64,000 nucleotides of DNA, from positions 35,900,001 to 35,964,000 of the forward strand of contig NC_058368.1 in the NCBI RefSeq assembly GCF_018350175.1. The letters are read 5' to 3'. Within the stretch, counting starts at the first letter, position 1; every line of letters starts with the position of its first letter. Positions 62,007 to 64,000 of this stretch are shown here, piece by piece. The notes under the pieces were generated by a model. That model was not told where the DNA came from. It saw nothing but the letters and a program-made list of their open reading frames with translations, and did no database searches. This DNA is from Felis catus (Eukaryota). The position numbers and the translations under genes are program-made.

Positions 62007-64000
62007 AATATATTTTTGTGCTCCTTATTGACAATTCAATTGAAGCAATACCCTAACATGGCTGTCTTCTCTAAATTGTTTTATTATAAATGTCCCCCCC
62101 CCGACCATGTTCTTTCAAATTATTTCACTGTATTGACAGAAATGCACACAAATGTGTATTTTCAGAAAACTCTAATATCCTACAATTGGTTTGTAATACC
62201 AAATGTATTATTTATCTCACAAAATTATGAGGTTGTAACCTATGACTTCCATGACAGAATGGTTCCAACAAACACAATGCTATTTATGTTATTAAGTCTG
62301 TCGCACAATGAATATTTTTATGTATTTACAGTACACGTGGAATGTGTAAAATGTGATTGAATTCATAATTAATCCTGAATATTCAAAATATATATCAAAC
62401 TAATAAATTTAATTGGCATTTTTAGAAGTTTATAGTACAAGGAGGTCAATGGGAGCCTTCGAAAATGCTTTCTACTTATTATAGCAGATGAATTTGAAAT
62501 TCCAAACACTAGGCATTTCCAGGTGGCTGCCACCTGGAAATGAAGTGTTCTAAGTGTTCACAGTAGGTGAATAAAAGATAAACATTTGGTATTTAGTAAG
62601 CCATTTATCATAAAATGCTGGAAAGTCACAAGGCTTTGGAATTGGAGATGTATTTGATTAGACAAATATTTGGGTCAGGGCAAAGAGTTACTAGCTAAAA
62701 ATCAAACAAACAGTCTTAAAAGCAGAGAAGTCAATAAAATGAAGAGGACAAAAATCAAATACAAGACATCAAAGAATGCTCCTGAAAGCTAAACACATGG
62801 AAATGGAAAAAAGTGGAAAACATTAGAAGTGGGCAATCATTAAATCCACTCTGACAATTCACTGAAGGCTGCCCTTTCTCTAGAAGCTAATTCCATCTCC
62901 AAAAGCTCCAGCAACAGTCTCCAGGCTGGACTCCTAGTTCTTAAATAAGGTCTAAGAATTTTCTGGAAAACGTATGTATTTATGCATAAGGAAAGAGTAG
63001 AGCATGCTGAAACTTAGGGGAGGCTCCCAGGAACGACCAGGAAAAAGCACCAGAGGGAAGGTGACATTTACTCTAAGTTACTCGATAAAGGAGAGAGCTA
63101 GGCAACATCGTAGGCCACAGCTGCCACTTTCCACAAATTTAACTTAAAATCCACCACGCGGCTTTCAGTTGGCATGCTGAAGGCTGAAGAGAGGCAAGGT
63201 GAATGAGAAAAAGGAAATCAAAAGAAAAGGTACTAAAAAGGATTTTCTCAAGTAAATAACATTTGGGGAGAAGAAGTTAAGGCTGAAGGAATTAACAGCC
63301 GTATTTTATGCATAGTGGGGCTCAGTATTAGGCTTATAACAATGGCAATACTTAGAAGTTGCATTGAACAGGAGGTGGAAGTGAAGGGTACTGAGAATCT
63401 AAGAGGAACCCGTGGAACAGGAACCGGGTGCCAATGAGGGAGCCTGGGTTCCACCAAGACACAGACGCTAAACCTTGGGCCAGCAGCAAGTGCACCGTTT
63501 CTGACACTGAGCAATCATACAACACAGGCTTATCAAATGAATAAGTGAGTTACAGACTGGACTTACATGGCATTTCTAGAATTTAGACTACCTAGGGAAG
63601 AAGACAGATATATGGCAGAGGTATGAGAACCCTAAGAGACAGGGCTGAACAAGGTGACACTATAAACTGACCTTGGTTTTACCTGAAAACACTCCCCCAA
63701 CCCACAGAGTTTTGTCATATTTTCTACTCATTAATAAAATACCATTCCAATTTAATAATGAAGCAGGTTCTTGTGAAATAATCAATAGAACCTTCACAGA
63801 TTAGAGTCCTTTAAACTTCAACTGTTTAGATAAGAGACAATGTACTCAATCTTAAAAGTCCAGGAGGGGGGAAAAAAAGAAATATTTCAATGGTATATAG
63901 AAATAAAATAATAACCCAAAATATTTTCAGTGAAATACAACAGAAAAGCTGTAAGCCATTATCTCTTAGAAAAGAAGCAGCCCTAATGAAGTAGATTTTT

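Noticed and set aside
1..64000. CRISPR arrays, operons, rRNA/snRNA genes, CpG-island promoter or a new multi-gene system
   Set aside because: This is mammalian intronic DNA. I saw no spacer-repeat arrays, no structural RNA genes I could recognise, and no CpG-rich region outside young SINEs.

Overview
AT-rich, repeat-dense mammalian genomic DNA. About 20 tRNA-derived CanSINEs of felid type and felid/carnivore L1 3' ends point to a cat-family genome; the species cannot be determined from this window. The whole window lies inside one large minus-strand gene, the formin DIAPH3 (mDia2/DRF3). Three internal coding exons are present, and the ORF track gives none of them in the correct frame: 48248-48372 (125 nt), 40361-40525 (165 nt) and 19672-19807 (136 nt). 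They splice in frame into the end of the FH2 domain and the helical/basic segment before the DAD. The main feature is the 7,722-nt intron between the first two exons (40526-48247), a minor-spliceosome (U12-type) AT-AC intron with an ATATCCTT donor, a TCCCTTAAC branch site and an AC acceptor. The rest is intronic: SINEs, L1, L2, MIR, MER21 and MLT1 LTRs, hAT/Tigger relics, an ancient RTE-clade LINE fragment and microsatellites. I also found nested insertions, fold-back rearrangements, a perfect 29-bp palindrome and a candidate 55-nt poison exon. I see no evidence for a wholly new biological system. The best leads are splicing-regulatory hypotheses around the U12 intron. Repeat family names come from recalled consensus sequences, not a database search.
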